Positions 1 through 17,634 of a stretch of DNA of 64,000 bases are shown one piece after another. How positions within the stretch are numbered: the first letter of the stretch is position 1; each line of letters starts with the position of its first letter. The DNA is taken from positions 39,990,001 to 40,054,000 of the forward strand of contig NC_045138.2 of the NCBI RefSeq assembly GCF_008831285.2, written 5' to 3'. Source of the stretch: Nymphaea colorata. Its lineage: Eukaryota. Below the pieces are notes generated by a model. It saw only the letters and a list, made by a program, of their open reading frames with translations. It did no database searches and was not told where the DNA came from. Made by a program: the position numbers and the translations under genes.

Positions 1-22
1 GGAAGTGACGGGAGTGACCGCC

Positions 23-3000
23 ATGAGCAGAGGATGGAGTGTGCGGGGTTACGGCCTTCGGCTGCAAACCTTACTCTCCTTCTCCCCTTCCGTAACTTCC
101 GGTCAGCTCCGAACTGTTCACCGTTGGAGCCATCGAAGAACGACGACGACTCTGAGCGTGGAGGCTAAGAAAGAGAGCGGCGACTCCAAGAGGAAGAAGA
201 AGGAGAAGGTGTTGGTCATCTCCGGACCCACCGGGGCTGGCAAGTCGAGGCTTGCTCTCGATCTCGCCAGGCGACTCAATGGACAGATCATTAGTGCCGA
301 CTCCGTTCAGGTTTCCCCGTCTATCACAATTCATGTCTCTTGCTTTCATTAATTTCATACGTTGACGGAGTTCATTCGTTAAGGTTTAGATTCCGAGTTT
401 CTCTGCGAAAATATTGCGCACTATGAGTTGCTACTGTCAAGGTTTTCATTAATTTTTGCGGTTAGTGGAGTTCACCCGTACAGATTTTGGTTCAAGCTGC
501 TGTTTCAATCATGCTACAGTAGGCCTTATTTTTACCAGTATTTTCAACACTTACTGGAGTGTAACTTATTTTATTTTAGAATCGAGTTGTCGTGATTTTG
601 TTGATACGAGTGGCTCCTGCGACCGGAGTTCTATTTTTGGTGAATTTTTTGCTTGTTGCTTATGTTTTTCATTGTTTGATCGCTTAGTAGTGTCGACTCG
701 TTTAATTGCAGAGCTTGTGCGTCCTCGGTCATTCTACAAGTGGACAATTTTTTATGAATTTTTTTGGCTAGTTTCGTATAATATTAACGATTAAGGTTTA
801 GGTCTGAGACACGGTAGTTTTGTTTCTAGTTTCTACAAAGTCATTGTGCAAGGAGCTTTTCTTTATGAGATATCTTTATCGCGTGTTGAAGATCTCAAAA
901 GTCAAATACTTTTTTTTTTCCAATGTTGCTTATCTATTACCATAGCAATGTATGCTTATACCTAATTTATTTTTTTGATTGCACCATATATTCCAGGTGT
1001 ACCGTGGGCTGGATATTGGATCTGCAAAGCCTTCAACTTCTGAAAGAGAGGTTTTCACTGTTGCATTTTTTGCTGCTCCTTAAAAAAAAGTTGATACTTA
1101 GAAATTTATAGATATGTTTATTCATGTCCTTTTCTGCCTGCCGTAGTGGCATTGTAGTAACTACATTACTCTGTATGATTTGGCTGAAATGACTTTTTGA
1201 ATGTTACATTTCATGATACAAAACATTGCAGTTAATGCAGCTAACACTGGAGGCTTGGAATAGGAATAAGACAAATATAATTGATTCGATGTTTTTGGAT
1301 TTTGAATATGGCCATGAAGTGGCATGGTATATTGGTGGCGGTGACATGCCATACGAACACCAGATCCACATGATATGAGTGTCCACACATCATAGTTTGG
1401 TTATCAGTGCTCTCTTTTAACTTTTAAGTTGTAAATGTTTTCCTCTATACATGCAAACAGCATAACAGAGGAATTTTTGATAAATTTATCTTGTATTGTA
1501 CGCAATCAAATTTTAACCACTGGAGCTTGATGGAGGTTATTTTATTCTTCTGAAGGTGATCCATATCAGCATTGTTGGATCTAATTGATGATGATGAATT
1601 CTTACAGCAGTCTAATATCACATGCTAAGATGGCAAGATGAAGGGAAAAGAAGGCAGAGGAAAAGGGAGGTGTAGAGGAAGTCGAATGCATTATATTAAG
1701 ACAATATCTTAATCTGGACTTCATGCCTGTCAACTCTGCTTAGTAATCACAAGCAACATAACAAATTCAGCTCATTGAATTTGAAGCATTTTTCAAATGA
1801 AGATAAAAAATTACTACACAAAAATGAAAGCTAAAGTATGATGGATTTCCTTGAATATCTTCTAATTTTACTGTTAATTTTGAAGATATTATTTCTTGTA
1901 GATTTTGATGATGATGTTGGTTGTGGCTTATTAGCCTGTATGTGTGTTTTTATTTGTTTGTTTATCGTTCTGTGGAAATGACTATGTATTGCAATGCAGG
2001 ATGCATTATTATATTGGAAAACACAGTGGCTTTTCAAACATGAAAAGTACAAGTGTATTAATTCTCCATCTGTACATGTAACATGTCCATGCTTGTATGC
2101 CTTTGTGTGTCCTTGCAGGTTTTTGTTCTACATGTTTATGATCATGTTTTAATTAGCATCTTGTTGAATTGGAAGTTACTTTATTGTCCTTCTTGTTATA
2201 TGCAGGAGGTGCCCCACCACTTAATTGACATCTTACACCCATCTGAAGGTGATTATTTCACATTCCATTTCTAGAACGGAAAGTTTTTATCGCTTTTTTT
2301 CTTCTTAAAAGTGTCTTATGCAATGCCTAAGCTACTTGTCAAACAGATGGATTTCCTACTAAGAAAGACTGATCATATTTCGTCCAACCAATTATATGAC
2401 TAAACTACATGATTACTTTTGCCTTACTGAAATGCACAATTGAGTATTAAGGAATTGTTGTGATCAAATTATTTGGTTAAATAACTTGAAGACCAGTGGT
2501 CTAATTGTGTTTAATAATGAATTTTCAATTTTGTTCCGATGTATATATGCTGTGGGAGATATTACTGACAAGCTGCAGGTTACCTTGAGAAGTTTCATGA
2601 TGTTCTTTTCTCAAGAGCCATCTTCACTCATAGCAAAGGTTGCATCGTAAAATGGTGTTGTTACTACTTTGTCATTGCTACAGTGCTAGCAAAAATTGTC
2701 CAAAGCTGTCAATCCAAAACATGATTCCAAAATGTTTCACTGTTAGATAAGCTAGCCCTGTTGGTTTCTTTAGTTTGGCAACTTTTATCCTGCCTTTGGC
2801 ATTGGTAACATGGTGAAGTTGTGTGGAATATATAGTGCAGATGTGCAATGGAGAGCCTGAGTTTGACTGCTTGAGCTTCTGGTCGTATCTTAGTTTCATG
2901 TTCTAGTCTTAGCTTGAGCTCCATGCTCAAATGTGGGTTGACCAAGTATCACTTGCCTTGGTTAAGCTTAAGCCTGATATTTGCTAATGAAAAAAATATC

Positions 3001-6000
3001 AAGAGTCCATGTCATTGGGTGTAGGTGCAGAAGGTGCAATAGAGCGATTTCAGAATGTGCAAATGCTTGTTTGCATGTAGGAGTTCACATTTTAGAAGTT
3101 GCCATTTTTGTTTTAGAAAGCATAAGCAAGTTGCACAAGTTCAGATCATATAGATGTATATATCTTGGTTCTTTTGTAAGAAATTAGAAACAGGATCTTT
3201 GGTTCTTTTTTAACGGAAATTTAAATTTGTTTAAGAGGAAAAATATTGATGATCATGAAATACTGGTTTTGAAATTCTTAAATGCCTATGTATGATTTGT
3301 AAATGGACAATCCAACAGTGATTCATACTGAGCAAGCTTAGATCACATCCATGTGGTCAGCTGCAGAATAGGATGTGGAAGGAGTAAGAAAATTGCAAAA
3401 TTAAATGGTCCATGTCCTTCTGCCATTAAACAAGCAACGGAAGAAGCCTAGAAGCGAGATGTGAGACAAAGTTACCCTCAGTCGACATGTGTTAGTTCTT
3501 AACTTCTTAACTTGGATAAATATGTGAAAATTGAGTGCTTAATGGACTCAACTTGTTGTTTGTGCACTAGACTATTCTGTAGGACAATTCTTTGAAGATG
3601 CCAGACAAGCAACTGAAGATATTATCAGAAGTGGGAATGTGCCAATTATCGTTGGCGGTACAGGATTATACTTACGTTGGTAAGTTGTAACCTTTTACTC
3701 TCTAATTGTCATTAATATTGGTAATGTTCTTTTCTTTCTTAATTTATATGTTGCAAATGTATGCATATCAGTCTACTATAAAGTTTCTCAATTGCTGCAT
3801 ATCACTGAAAGCAGATGGATGTTATTTGAAATGTTGAACTGTGCGCTGAGAAGCCATATGGTGTCAAGAGCCCAAATTAGCAACCAACTGGAAGAATTGA
3901 AAATGCCTAAAGTAACAGTGTAATATCAAAATTTTAGTAGGGTGAAGCAGCAACTGTTGGTCTTTCAGCAGCTTAAGCATGTCTAGGCATGCTAACATGT
4001 GAGCATTATATTGTCGGTGTATGTCATGCAGTTGGATGAGATTTTTTGAAGATGTGTGGATAGACTTTTGTTTCATTGGGAAATTGTTACAGCACATACT
4101 AATTTTATCTTCCCACTATCATGTGACTGGCATCATATTAAGTTCTTAACTTAGCCTTCCTATTTTGTAGGCTGAGAATAGAAGCTTCATGTAGCAAGCT
4201 GTGAATTGTATCTGGTTGATTGACATAATAAATGCACATGTTTCAAATACTGGTTGAATTCTTATTTGTGAACTCGTTGGGTGATAGATACTTCTCTTAG
4301 ATAGAAGTAGTTTTATGCTCATCTATCATCTGTTGGTAATTTTCTCAAGGTCAGATATTTTGAATTTCTAAAGAAAAGGGTGGTTACCTGCAATTGTATA
4401 TCTAATGTTAATATTCGTCTTTGTATATTTGAATCTTATACCCCATGGATCCTTCAGAAAGGGCCAAAGCACTATGCTGGCACGGGTTCATGTGCAGCAC
4501 CTGACAGGGCCAGTGTGCCATCATCTTGACCTTTGGTCCAATTTGAGATTCAATCATCTTTGACAAAAAGAGAAAGCTTATAGTTATATTATTACTTTTA
4601 AGTACCTCTAGCACATTAATCTTTTTATGTATACTTCCAGGCCTATCTTTAATGCACTGACATGTCATATCTGTGCACCCACTCAATAAGATACAGCTTA
4701 CATGTTGCTCCTCTCTTAGTGTATGACTGTATGATATTCTTTAGATGGATTATGAACTCAGCTTTGTCTTTTCATCTTCTTTTCATTTTCAAGGTACATA
4801 TATGGTAAGCCAGAAGTTCCAAAAGCATCTTTGAAGATTGCTGCAGAAGTTGATTCCGAGCTACTTCCTCTGCAGAGACAAGGGGATTGGTGCGCAGCTG
4901 TACAATTGCTTGAGAAAGCTGGTGATCCTAAAGCTCATCTTGTGCCTTCAAATGACTGGTATAGACTCAGGCGTAGTCTTGAAATTATAAAGGTATGCTG
5001 CACTATTTAGATGTGAAGGATATTTTTTTATTTCTCTTCTGAGGCTTCTTTGACAGCATTTTCTGTTGATACATCTCATTTATCGTGCAGTCCACAGGGT
5101 CACCACCATCTGCTTTTAGTATACCATATGATTCATTTAGGGAGCAACTGGAGTCTAGAGCATCTGATTCCTCACCTGATAGTGTCTCTTCTTCAAATGG
5201 ACCATCTGAAGATTTGGACTATGACTTCATATGTTTCTTCCTTTCAAGTCAAAGAACGGAACTTTACAGGATGATCGATTTACGGTGTGAAGAGATGCTA
5301 AAAGGTACTTGTTTAGATATTTTCTGGTTCTTCTTTGTGCTGCTTAGAATGTTGGGGTAAGCCTATAAAGTATCCTGTTAACTCTTAAATGCCTTGTCAG
5401 CACGCTTGTTCTGAACATCCTTTCTAGAAGGACATGCACCCTGATGGAACTGCAAGCTCCTCAGAAGGTGCCACAAAGGAAGTTTGAAAAATTGAGTCTT
5501 GTATCTGTTTCTTTTTAATTAATTTGTCAAAAAATTGAAATGATCACTACTTTTGGCAACCATGCTGAAGAAATCTGCAATCATCAATTTTCACTGCAAA
5601 AGAGTTTGAGAATTTAGACAAATTCCTGCTTCTAGCCGGATGAAATTACACAAGTGTACAAATGTATGCCGACAAATACACACATAGTAGAGGCTTAACT
5701 GTTAAGGCACACACACAGAGAAGGGGAGAGAGAGAGAGAAGGTTCATGGTTGTGATGGTTGAGGATGAATGGATGCATGCATCTGCATCCGTGTAAACTG
5801 TCTTTCTTAATGTAATAACATGGGGTTTTGGGCTGGAACTAAGACAGAACATTGTATGATAGAAAGGATTTGGGTTGAAATTTGTGAAACCTTATATGTA
5901 TTTAGATGCCCAGGAAACTGATCTCCAAGAAAGAGTCAAAGTGTCACTGCCTTCATGTGCTTTGCAATAAGTTAACTTTACAGCTGCTCAACTTTCGAAC

Positions 6001-8706
6001 TGCCAACATCCCCCTGCTCTCCTCTTAGGTCACTTGAAAGGGTTTATCTTGAATTGCCTACATGTTATTTGTTTGCTTTCTAGTAGCAGTTTGATGATTG
6101 TTTCCCAAATGAACTTAGTGCATTCGTAAATTTTTTCTGAAAATGCTATCTGGCAGGCAACCCTGGAGTTCTTACTGAAGCTTCATGGCTTCTTGATATT
6201 GGCCTTCTTCCAAACTCAAATTCAGCTACTCGAGCAATTGGATATCGACAAGTTTGTCTTCATAAACTTGGTGATAAGCATGTCTGTTCTATAGTTAAAG
6301 ATTCATTGCTAAGTTATTTGTGTGCGTCATTTTTATACGAAAAATGTTGGAGCTTATGTAAAGTATTCCTGACTTTTCACAATCAATTGGAGGGAGTAAG
6401 AGGGGAGAGGCACAATCTATTTGTTGATTTACATGGTTGCTCAAGTTTATAGTTGTCAGTCATATCTAGAAACTTTTCACTTGTGTATCTTTTTCCATCT
6501 TAGGGTGAAGCTTGGTCTATTTACGAGTCATCCTTTTTGGTCCCCGCGGTGAGCTAGGTTGGAGGCATATAGCACTTTGTGACTTTAGACAGGATTCAAC
6601 ATTAGAAGGCCCACAAAGTATGTTGAAATTGAAGAAAGCTATTAGCTTTCAAGGGGCAATTCCAAGGGGGGAATGTGAGACGTGGAGTTTCCCAAAGAAC
6701 TCCATGCAGTAAACTTGCCAGAAACAATCCGATTGTGCTACAAACAAGGGTTCCTTATACAATTTAGAGGGAAACTGGAAAAACAAGTTTCTGTGCAACT
6801 GTTCACCGCTTTACCAATATGAACAGTGTGAAGAAAATGAAATTTGTAAGAAATGCTGTTGTGGAAAACATAGTGAGGATATTTTAATATCTTTATATGC
6901 TTGTTTTTGAAGTATTTAGCACAACTTGTTATACCTGTGGCATTAAAAAAAAATGCCGTTTAAACATTTGGAAACATGTCCATGTCTGTGACCTCGCCTC
7001 CTCAATTATGTAGTACTGGTATTGATAAAAAATTATTTCCACCTAATTATCTGATCAGTTTGCATGACAGTCAGGCTAATCTTTTTTATGATAAGTAGAA
7101 AGTATTTAGCTACAATAAGAAGCCTGTCAGAATTGTGGTTGGTACTCTGTTTTCATGCAGGCTATCAATTTTTACAGGCTATGGAGTATTTGCTAAGTTG
7201 TAGACAAGAAGGAGGGAGAACTTCTCCTGGAGACTTTTATGCTTTTCTAACAGAGTTTCAGAAAGCGTCAAGGTCAGCAACAGGCCCTATTGTTGTAACT
7301 ATTAAAATAGAAAAAATTTATCCTTTTATTTTCCTAACTAGAATTTTTTGCTCTAAATGCACCCAAAAGGAAACAATTAAAGTGTTTCCTCATCTCTTCC
7401 TGAGTTTGTTTTCTTTGAAGATATTATGTGGAGAAAAAGCTTTTGCTCATAAGTATTGACTGTGAGCATAGTAAAACAGGCGTCACCCTTGAACGGGGAT
7501 CCCTTGACAAAATGGTTGTGATCCGTCATAATCTTCATTTTAGAAAAAATTTGGAACACAATTATATTGGATATTTTCAGAAACTGGTTTTTCAGGGAAA
7601 ATCTCAGCACTATATTTGGTAAGCCAAAGGAAAACACATGCATGTGGAGAGAGAGAGAGAGAAAAGCTTGAAGATGTTAACAAACTAGCAGATACAATAG
7701 GCAAGAAAGGAATAAGCACGGCAAAACCTAGAGCAACCATTTCCATTTTGCACTGAAAGTAGAATTGTTTACTATAATGGATTCAAACATATTCGCATAC
7801 ACTCTCTGTGTGTATTTGCGCACGCGCGTGTGTGTGCATGTGCGCGCGTGTGTGTGTGCACGCGTGTGTGTGCATGTGCACGAGCATGTATGTATGGATG
7901 TGCATGTATGTCTGTAACATGTATGTCTGTAACTTACCGTAGTGCAGTGTCGATATCCAGTATGGGCACTAAATTGGAGCCTTAGGTATAGTATAACTAC
8001 TGTTTGCCTTTTATTCTTCTATGTGTCATTTCTATTGCACTTTTATAGGATTATGTTGTTACTAAGAGACCCTTTGAAATTGTATCTAAACTACTAAACC
8101 CTCAAAATCTTATGTGCAGAAACTTTGCTAAAAGGCAAATGACGTGGTTCCGTAATGAACACATATATCAATGGCTGGATGCTTCTCAACCCTTGGTACG
8201 ATACTTTTCTTCTTAAATTACATTTTTTTTTAATTTTTTGTTGTTTTGGATGGATGAAGATTGCAGCAATATTTTAAGTTGTATACAGAGAATTGGCATT
8301 TCAATTACTTATCTTCTATGTTGTTCTTATCTAGTTGTAAACGATTCATGTCTATGTCATGGTTCATTACATGGTTTCCAGTATATTCGAGTTTTGATCA
8401 ATTTGGCATGCCTTTGCAGGAAAGAGTGCTTGACTTCATTGTTGATGCCTACTTTGATGAAAATGGACGAGTAGTCCCAGAGCAACTAAAAATGCACAAA
8501 GATATCTGTAGTCCTCGGGAAGCTTACGAACTGAAGTCCTATCAGACAAGAAGAAGGTATGGGCAACCTCTCTTTCTCTCTCTCTCTCTCTCTCTCGCTC
8601 TCTCTTTGTTTGACTAACTGCATAGAGATTATGACGTAGGTATTTCAGCAGGCGTGATGATTGTTCTGGTATTATGGATTGGATACTGAGGACTCAGAGA
8701 CTATAG
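23..8706 (+). CDS. IPT9: tRNA dimethylallyltransferase / tRNA isopentenyltransferase, IPT9 (bacterial MiaA-like) type, with an N-terminal transit-peptide-like extension
   Basis: Exons read by eye with GT-AG boundaries and continuous frame: 23-310, 997-1050, 2206-2248, 3571-3679, 4794-4992, 5091-5304, 6157-6251, 7178-7272, 8120-8195, 8420-8556, 8640-8706 (TAG). Motifs: P-loop [64 protein letters not shown]. The true start could lie upstream of the window edge. Confidence 0.93.
7817..7882. repeat. Perfectly alternating purine-pyrimidine (TG/CG/CA) tract in IPT intron 8
   Basis: tgcgcacgcgcgtgtgtgtgcatgtgcgcgcgtgtgtgtgtgcacgcgtgtgtgtgcatgtgcacg, ~66 bp of uninterrupted RY alternation. Confidence 0.9.
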
Positions 8707-10275
8707 CGGTTATTTATGGAGAAGGATTTCCATCAAAACCCCTAATACCGAAGTCCAATGATATTTTTTCAATTTATTTTTATGGTTATAGTGATGCATG
8801 AAATGCAATTTTGGCTGAGTGAACATTGATTAGTACTCCCATTGAGACCTTAACTAGTGGTTGTAATTTGTAAATTTTCTTTTTTACTTGGTCTAATTCC
8901 GTTAAGGCTCTTTTTCTTGTTTATTCATATAGATGCTTTGGGTTGAACAACTGGTTGGAAATTAGGATGAAAACATCTCCTGAAATGATGGTTTACCTCG
9001 GTGTAAAAGGTTGCATCTAAAATATGACGCAACTGGTCCAAGAGAAGGGAAACTGCAAAGTACACATCTCGTTGGTGCTGATTGTCCTTTAATTTGGTGA
9101 TAGACATGCTCTTAACTGCTTCTGTAATCTGTTCCCTTTCGCCCTCTGGTCCATCCCCTATTTTCTGCATTCTCTTGCTTACTGCTATTTTGGCTCACAT
9201 TAGTACACATTGTTTATGTACCATAACTATATTATCCGTCTCATTGATTTCTTATTCATTCTGCTAACCATTTAATCAGCTGCACTTCCTCGTGCCTTAC
9301 AGTCCTTCACTTCGCATAACCTTCCACAGTCGCTCCATACAGGTTCTGGTGCCTTGCTAATCACATTTTATAACTTCTCTATCTGTGCTCCAAGCACCAT
9401 TTTTGTGTCAATGTAACCATGAGCGTGCACTCGTATGCCGCCTGCCTTGAGATTTTGTGAATGAACTTCAAATGGGACCAGTTGATGAAGGTAGGAGGTC
9501 ATCAGATTACGTAGGTTCTCAGAAAAAGTAAGATAGATGAAGATTGAAGACTGAATACATTGAAGAATTTCATGGTAGTGTTTGAATGACACTGAAGCAG
9601 CGGTTTGGAGACAAAGCATTGTTTTGCCTCTAAAACGTCTTCAAAATGTTTGGGTGACGTCACAACCAGGTTTTCTGGTAGATGAGATTTGAAAAAACTT
9701 GTTTCTCAAAAGGGATTGAATGGTCTGGTCCCTCCACCCCCCACCTCCCCTTCCCCCTCATCACCAACACACCTAACTGTTTTTTCCACCAACTATTTTC
9801 TTTGAGGTTCAGAGTAAGGGAGGGCCTGGATGAAGTGTCTCTACTGAAATACTTTTGTCTGACCCGTGCCAAAGCTCTCTCAGTCCTTTTCATTGTTCCC
9901 GTCGGCACTCCTGAGATAGCATAGTAATTGTGGCATAGAAGCGTCTTACATGGGTGTGATTTTGAGGCACAATGACACTCACTCTCACAGACAAAGCATC
10001 TTTTATGGGTGTCACATGCACACACAGGCAAGGTTTTGACCACCAAATTTGCGCCATTCACCAGTATTAGGGGCACGGTGTGACGGACGGATGATGATAG
10101 ATTGATGAGCCTATTCTCTGCCTTCCGTTCTGAGATGGGAAATGTGGATGGCTCTCCGAGGGCTTCTGGTCGATTTTGATCTATCTCCAGCGTCAAGTCT
10201 CCATCTGGGTTTGCTAAATGCCTATTATCTGGGTCGATGGGCACCCAAGCGACCCTGACTCGGTTTCTTCTGGCA

Positions 10276-10548
10276 TAGGAATGTAAATGGTTCCGTTTCG
10301 AGTTGGATCCTCTTTTCAGAGTTTGACCTAATCAAATAATCGGGTTCAGATTTTGACCCCATTTTTTAAAGCCAACTTCGTATCCTGAATAAGTCGGATC
10401 TTTATTGGATACAAGTTGAATATGGGTCTAATATTCAATTTGAATCCGATCACCAAATCAGATTTGGATATTTTCTTTTACCAAATCCAACTAAACAAAC
10501 TCAAAATCGAATCAGTGATCGAGTATATCTAACCCATTTAAGTACCTT
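10276..10548. mobile_element. Degenerate hAT-like MITE upstream of MDH
   Basis: Left end TAGGAATGTAAATGG; imperfect inverted right end CCATTTAAGTACCT; internal GGATC/ATCCGA subterminal-like motifs. No convincing TSD. Confidence 0.4.
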
Positions 10549-11265
10549 TGGCCTACTTGTCTTGAATTTCTGAGTTTGTTTCAAAGGAAAAGTCCATCAA
10601 AATAATTTGGACCCAAGTGATTATTATAATGAGAGGAGTCTTTAGCAATTGCATCAGAAGCCATGATTTGGTTTTCCATGAACGTCACTCTTTGCGTCAG
10701 CCAAATCCATATGTTGAAGAAAGTTTCCCCACTTCTCCCAATATTATATAATTTTCAGTACGCACCTGAAGTTGATCTCAGCCTTTTTCTTATTCTTCTT
10801 TCCACCAAACTACTTCATGAATAATGTGACCTTCGTGCTAAAAAAATTATAAGGATCAACCATTTTTTTGATGTATTTCACAAGATTTATCAAGACGAAA
10901 AGAATGTGATGTTTGATTTTTACGTAAATTCAAGAAATCCATATAAAATTTTGAAAAATATTCGAAAATTGATGAAGAAAACCATTTACTTTTATCCTGA
11001 TTGGCGTCGTGTCTGATTATTGAGAGACGCGACGCGAAAAAGAAGAAGGGTTTGCTTGTGAAGGACAGTTGGGGGAGAGAAAAAAGAGGCGTACAGGGCA
11101 CGCTACTTTTTTCCCCTTTTTCTTGGGGCTTTTGCCGCTCGTTTACGAGCGCCTTTTCTCGCTCTGACATCATAAACTCACTCACCCCGATTCCATTTCT
11201 CGCTTCCCATTCTCTCTGAGAGCGAGTGTGCAGGGTTTCTCGGAGTGTGAAAGGGGAGAGGAAAG

Positions 11266-14900
<3,635 letters not shown>

Positions 14901-16757
14901 AGCCTCAATCAGCTTTAGAACACAGTCCAGTTTTGCATCTTGATCAGATGTTCGCCTCTTTCATTTTCTGTTTTTCCTTTTTTCCTTTTCATTGTTGTAC
15001 TACCTTTTGGATTGCGGGACTGCAATTGTTTTCCAGATATGGATAACTTGAGGCTTGGACTAGAGAACACACCCTAATAAGCGGAACAGCGGCGGCAGCC
15101 TGATGTAGGAAGTGCCAATAATTTTTCATTCTTGGGGCTCAAGAGCCCCGTCTTTGTGACATCATTTGTTTCTCTTTGATTGGTTAGCTTCTCTCTCTCT
15201 CTCTCTCTGTGCGTGTGTGCTAACCTCTAAACGGGCTTTCAGTTGGTTGGGATGACAATGGGTGCAAAGCAAAGCAGCTGTGTATGTCCGACTCGGAGAG
15301 GGAGAGTTTTCAGTTCTGTGAAGAGAGAGCATAGGAACATGTAGGACGAGTGGTAAATTTTCTACTTCAGGATTGGGAAATTGATCTAACAGGTAGCCTC
15401 TCGGATCACTAACTGATGCCTGAGAAACTTTCCACTAAAAGCTCTATTGAAGTTCATCTTACGTGGCCAAGCTACCTGGAAAACTCATTCACTCGCCGGT
15501 GAACTTAAAAGCAAAGAGACTCCTTTGGGCGCTCAAGCCATCAATTAAAAGCCACGTTTGATCCCGATGACCCCATCCTCCGGACGGGTTGCCGTCCTCT
15601 GTCTCCGGCCATGTCTCGTTAAACCGTGTATTTAAACGTGCACTAGGATGTTTTTCCTTCTATCTGAAACACATAAACAACGGATGGTCGTAAGATAATA
15701 GAACTGTCGTAGTGTGTCCCCAACATGATGGCTGTATAAAGGTAATGGTACACCGCTAGCCGTCGGCGGTCCCGTTCATCCAAGTCATGGGACGACACCA
15801 CAAACAATAATACCATTCTTAGATTCTTCTTCTCTTGGACAGGTTACACATTTAGTGCGTTTCGACAACCTTCATCCACTCTCCTGCCGCTGCAGACGAG
15901 GTGAAGAGAAGGATGATCCCACTCTCTGGCACAACTCATAAATGAGAGGGAGATAAGACTCCGCGGAACTGCAGTAAACCAAAAAAGAAAAGTTCTACTA
16001 GCCACGAGGCCCTTCCCCAGCCAGCGGTGGACGACAAGTCAAAGTCTCTTTTTTCTCGGGAATTGGAGGAAACTCAGGAAAGCGTGCGGCGGCCTGAACA
16101 AGAACCGACTGTTGGAGCAGTTTTCGGCCCAGCACGAGTCTCTGTTGCATCCTTTTCAGACAGACGGCATTTAGATATGGCCTCGCTCGCTCGCGAGGAA
16201 CCATTCTCCTTAAGCCCCGAGTCCTTCGAATCGTCCCACCTTCACCGACTTACCCGCCGGCAAACGGGGTCAAATCAAATGGCACTGAAGATAAACGACC
16301 CAACTGGCGTCTGAGAGGAAGAGAAACGTACGCAGTTGTTCATGAATTTTGGTACACCATCAAAGCAAAAGATGCCACGAATTTGTCCGCCTTCACGACC
16401 CATGCCGGATGCGCTGTGTCACTCTTCGATCGCCTACTCATCCGCAGCAACCACATCCGGATTACGCAAAAGGGAGAAGGGAAAAGAAGGATTTCAAACA
16501 GAAGAGAAAAAAAGAACAGGAGATGGGAAAAGTCGGAGGAGGAAAAATTGGAAACAAAATATGCTTTCACTATCTGATAATACACAAACAAAGCCTACCA
16601 ACCATCACCATCACCAATAACAATGACAAGAATCAAGAGATCACGACCACCACCCTTAACCCACACTTACATCAATCGGACCAGGAAAAGAACTGGGAAA
16701 CAGAGCAAAGTGGGAAGGGGAATCGGCGAGGGCGATGCGCCCACACTCTCTCGAGTC

Positions 16758-17153
16758 TCAACAGGGGATTTGGGAAGTGAACCATTCCATGACGTGGATG
16801 GGCGCCTTGATCAGCTCCAGCGCCACTTCCACAAGCACGGTCACGCAGAGACAGCAGGGGCATATGCACGATAACAACAACCTGCACCAATTGCCAACAC
16901 CCTGACGCTTTTAAGAGAAGGCGAAAGTGAAACGAAATAAAACCAGAGAGGCACACCACCCTTTTCGGAGAAGAAGAAATAGAAACGAAACAGAACCCGA
17001 GGGAGGGAGGGAGGGAGGGAGGGAGAGAGATGGGCAGTACCCGACGATCCAAACGACGACGCCGACGATGGAGATGAGGAGGCAGAGTAAGGCGAAGGGG
17101 AGGCCCAGGAGGAAGCCCAGAGGCCGGCACTCACAGTCGCACTCGCAACACAT
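16758..17153 (-). CDS. TAX: TAXIMIN signalling peptide precursor (78 aa, Cys-rich, hydrophobic)
   Basis: Exon 1 17153-17041 plus exon 2 16881-16758 (GT-AG) gives [78 protein letters not shown], which fits the recognisable TAXIMIN pattern [12 protein letters not shown]...CICPCC...KAP..VM.WF...IPC. The spliced product is not in the ORF track. Confidence 0.92.
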
Positions 17154-17588
17154 CTTCTCTCTTCTTCCTTAGCAACGGTGTCTTGATCTCTCCCCTCTCT
17201 CGGCCTCAGAAAACTTCCCCCTTGCCTTGCTGTCGTCGGTTTCCTAAAATTTCTACGCGCACATTGTCCTTTATTCCTTGGCATCCGCAAATGACCAAAA
17301 TACCCGTCTTCAGCCCTCACGGTGTGTGAGATTTTGCTTGTCGTGTACGAAAATAATTCTCAAGCTGTCAATCCTGGACTTATATTTATACTTACATCTT
17401 TATCCAGCAATATTAAAATTTTTCTTTTAAATCATCTTTGCAAAAAAAAAAAAAAGAGTTCGATCTCCGAGCCATGGTTGGCTTAGCATCGTCCTTTTAT
17501 GCACATAACTTAAATGAATTCACATAGTTGAAATTGGGTTTGGTAACGTCGAAACAAAGTCTCTAGAGTGTTAATACTTTCGCTATGC

Positions 17589-17592
<4 letters not shown>

Positions 17593-17630
<38 letters not shown>
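17593..17630. repeat. (AT)n microsatellite
   Basis: Direct dinucleotide run. Confidence 0.95.

Positions 17631-17634
<4 letters not shown>

Noticed and set aside
9660..10244. 194 aa minus-strand ORF between IPT and MDH
   Set aside because: Non-ATG start, no motif, no splice support; cannot be supported without a search
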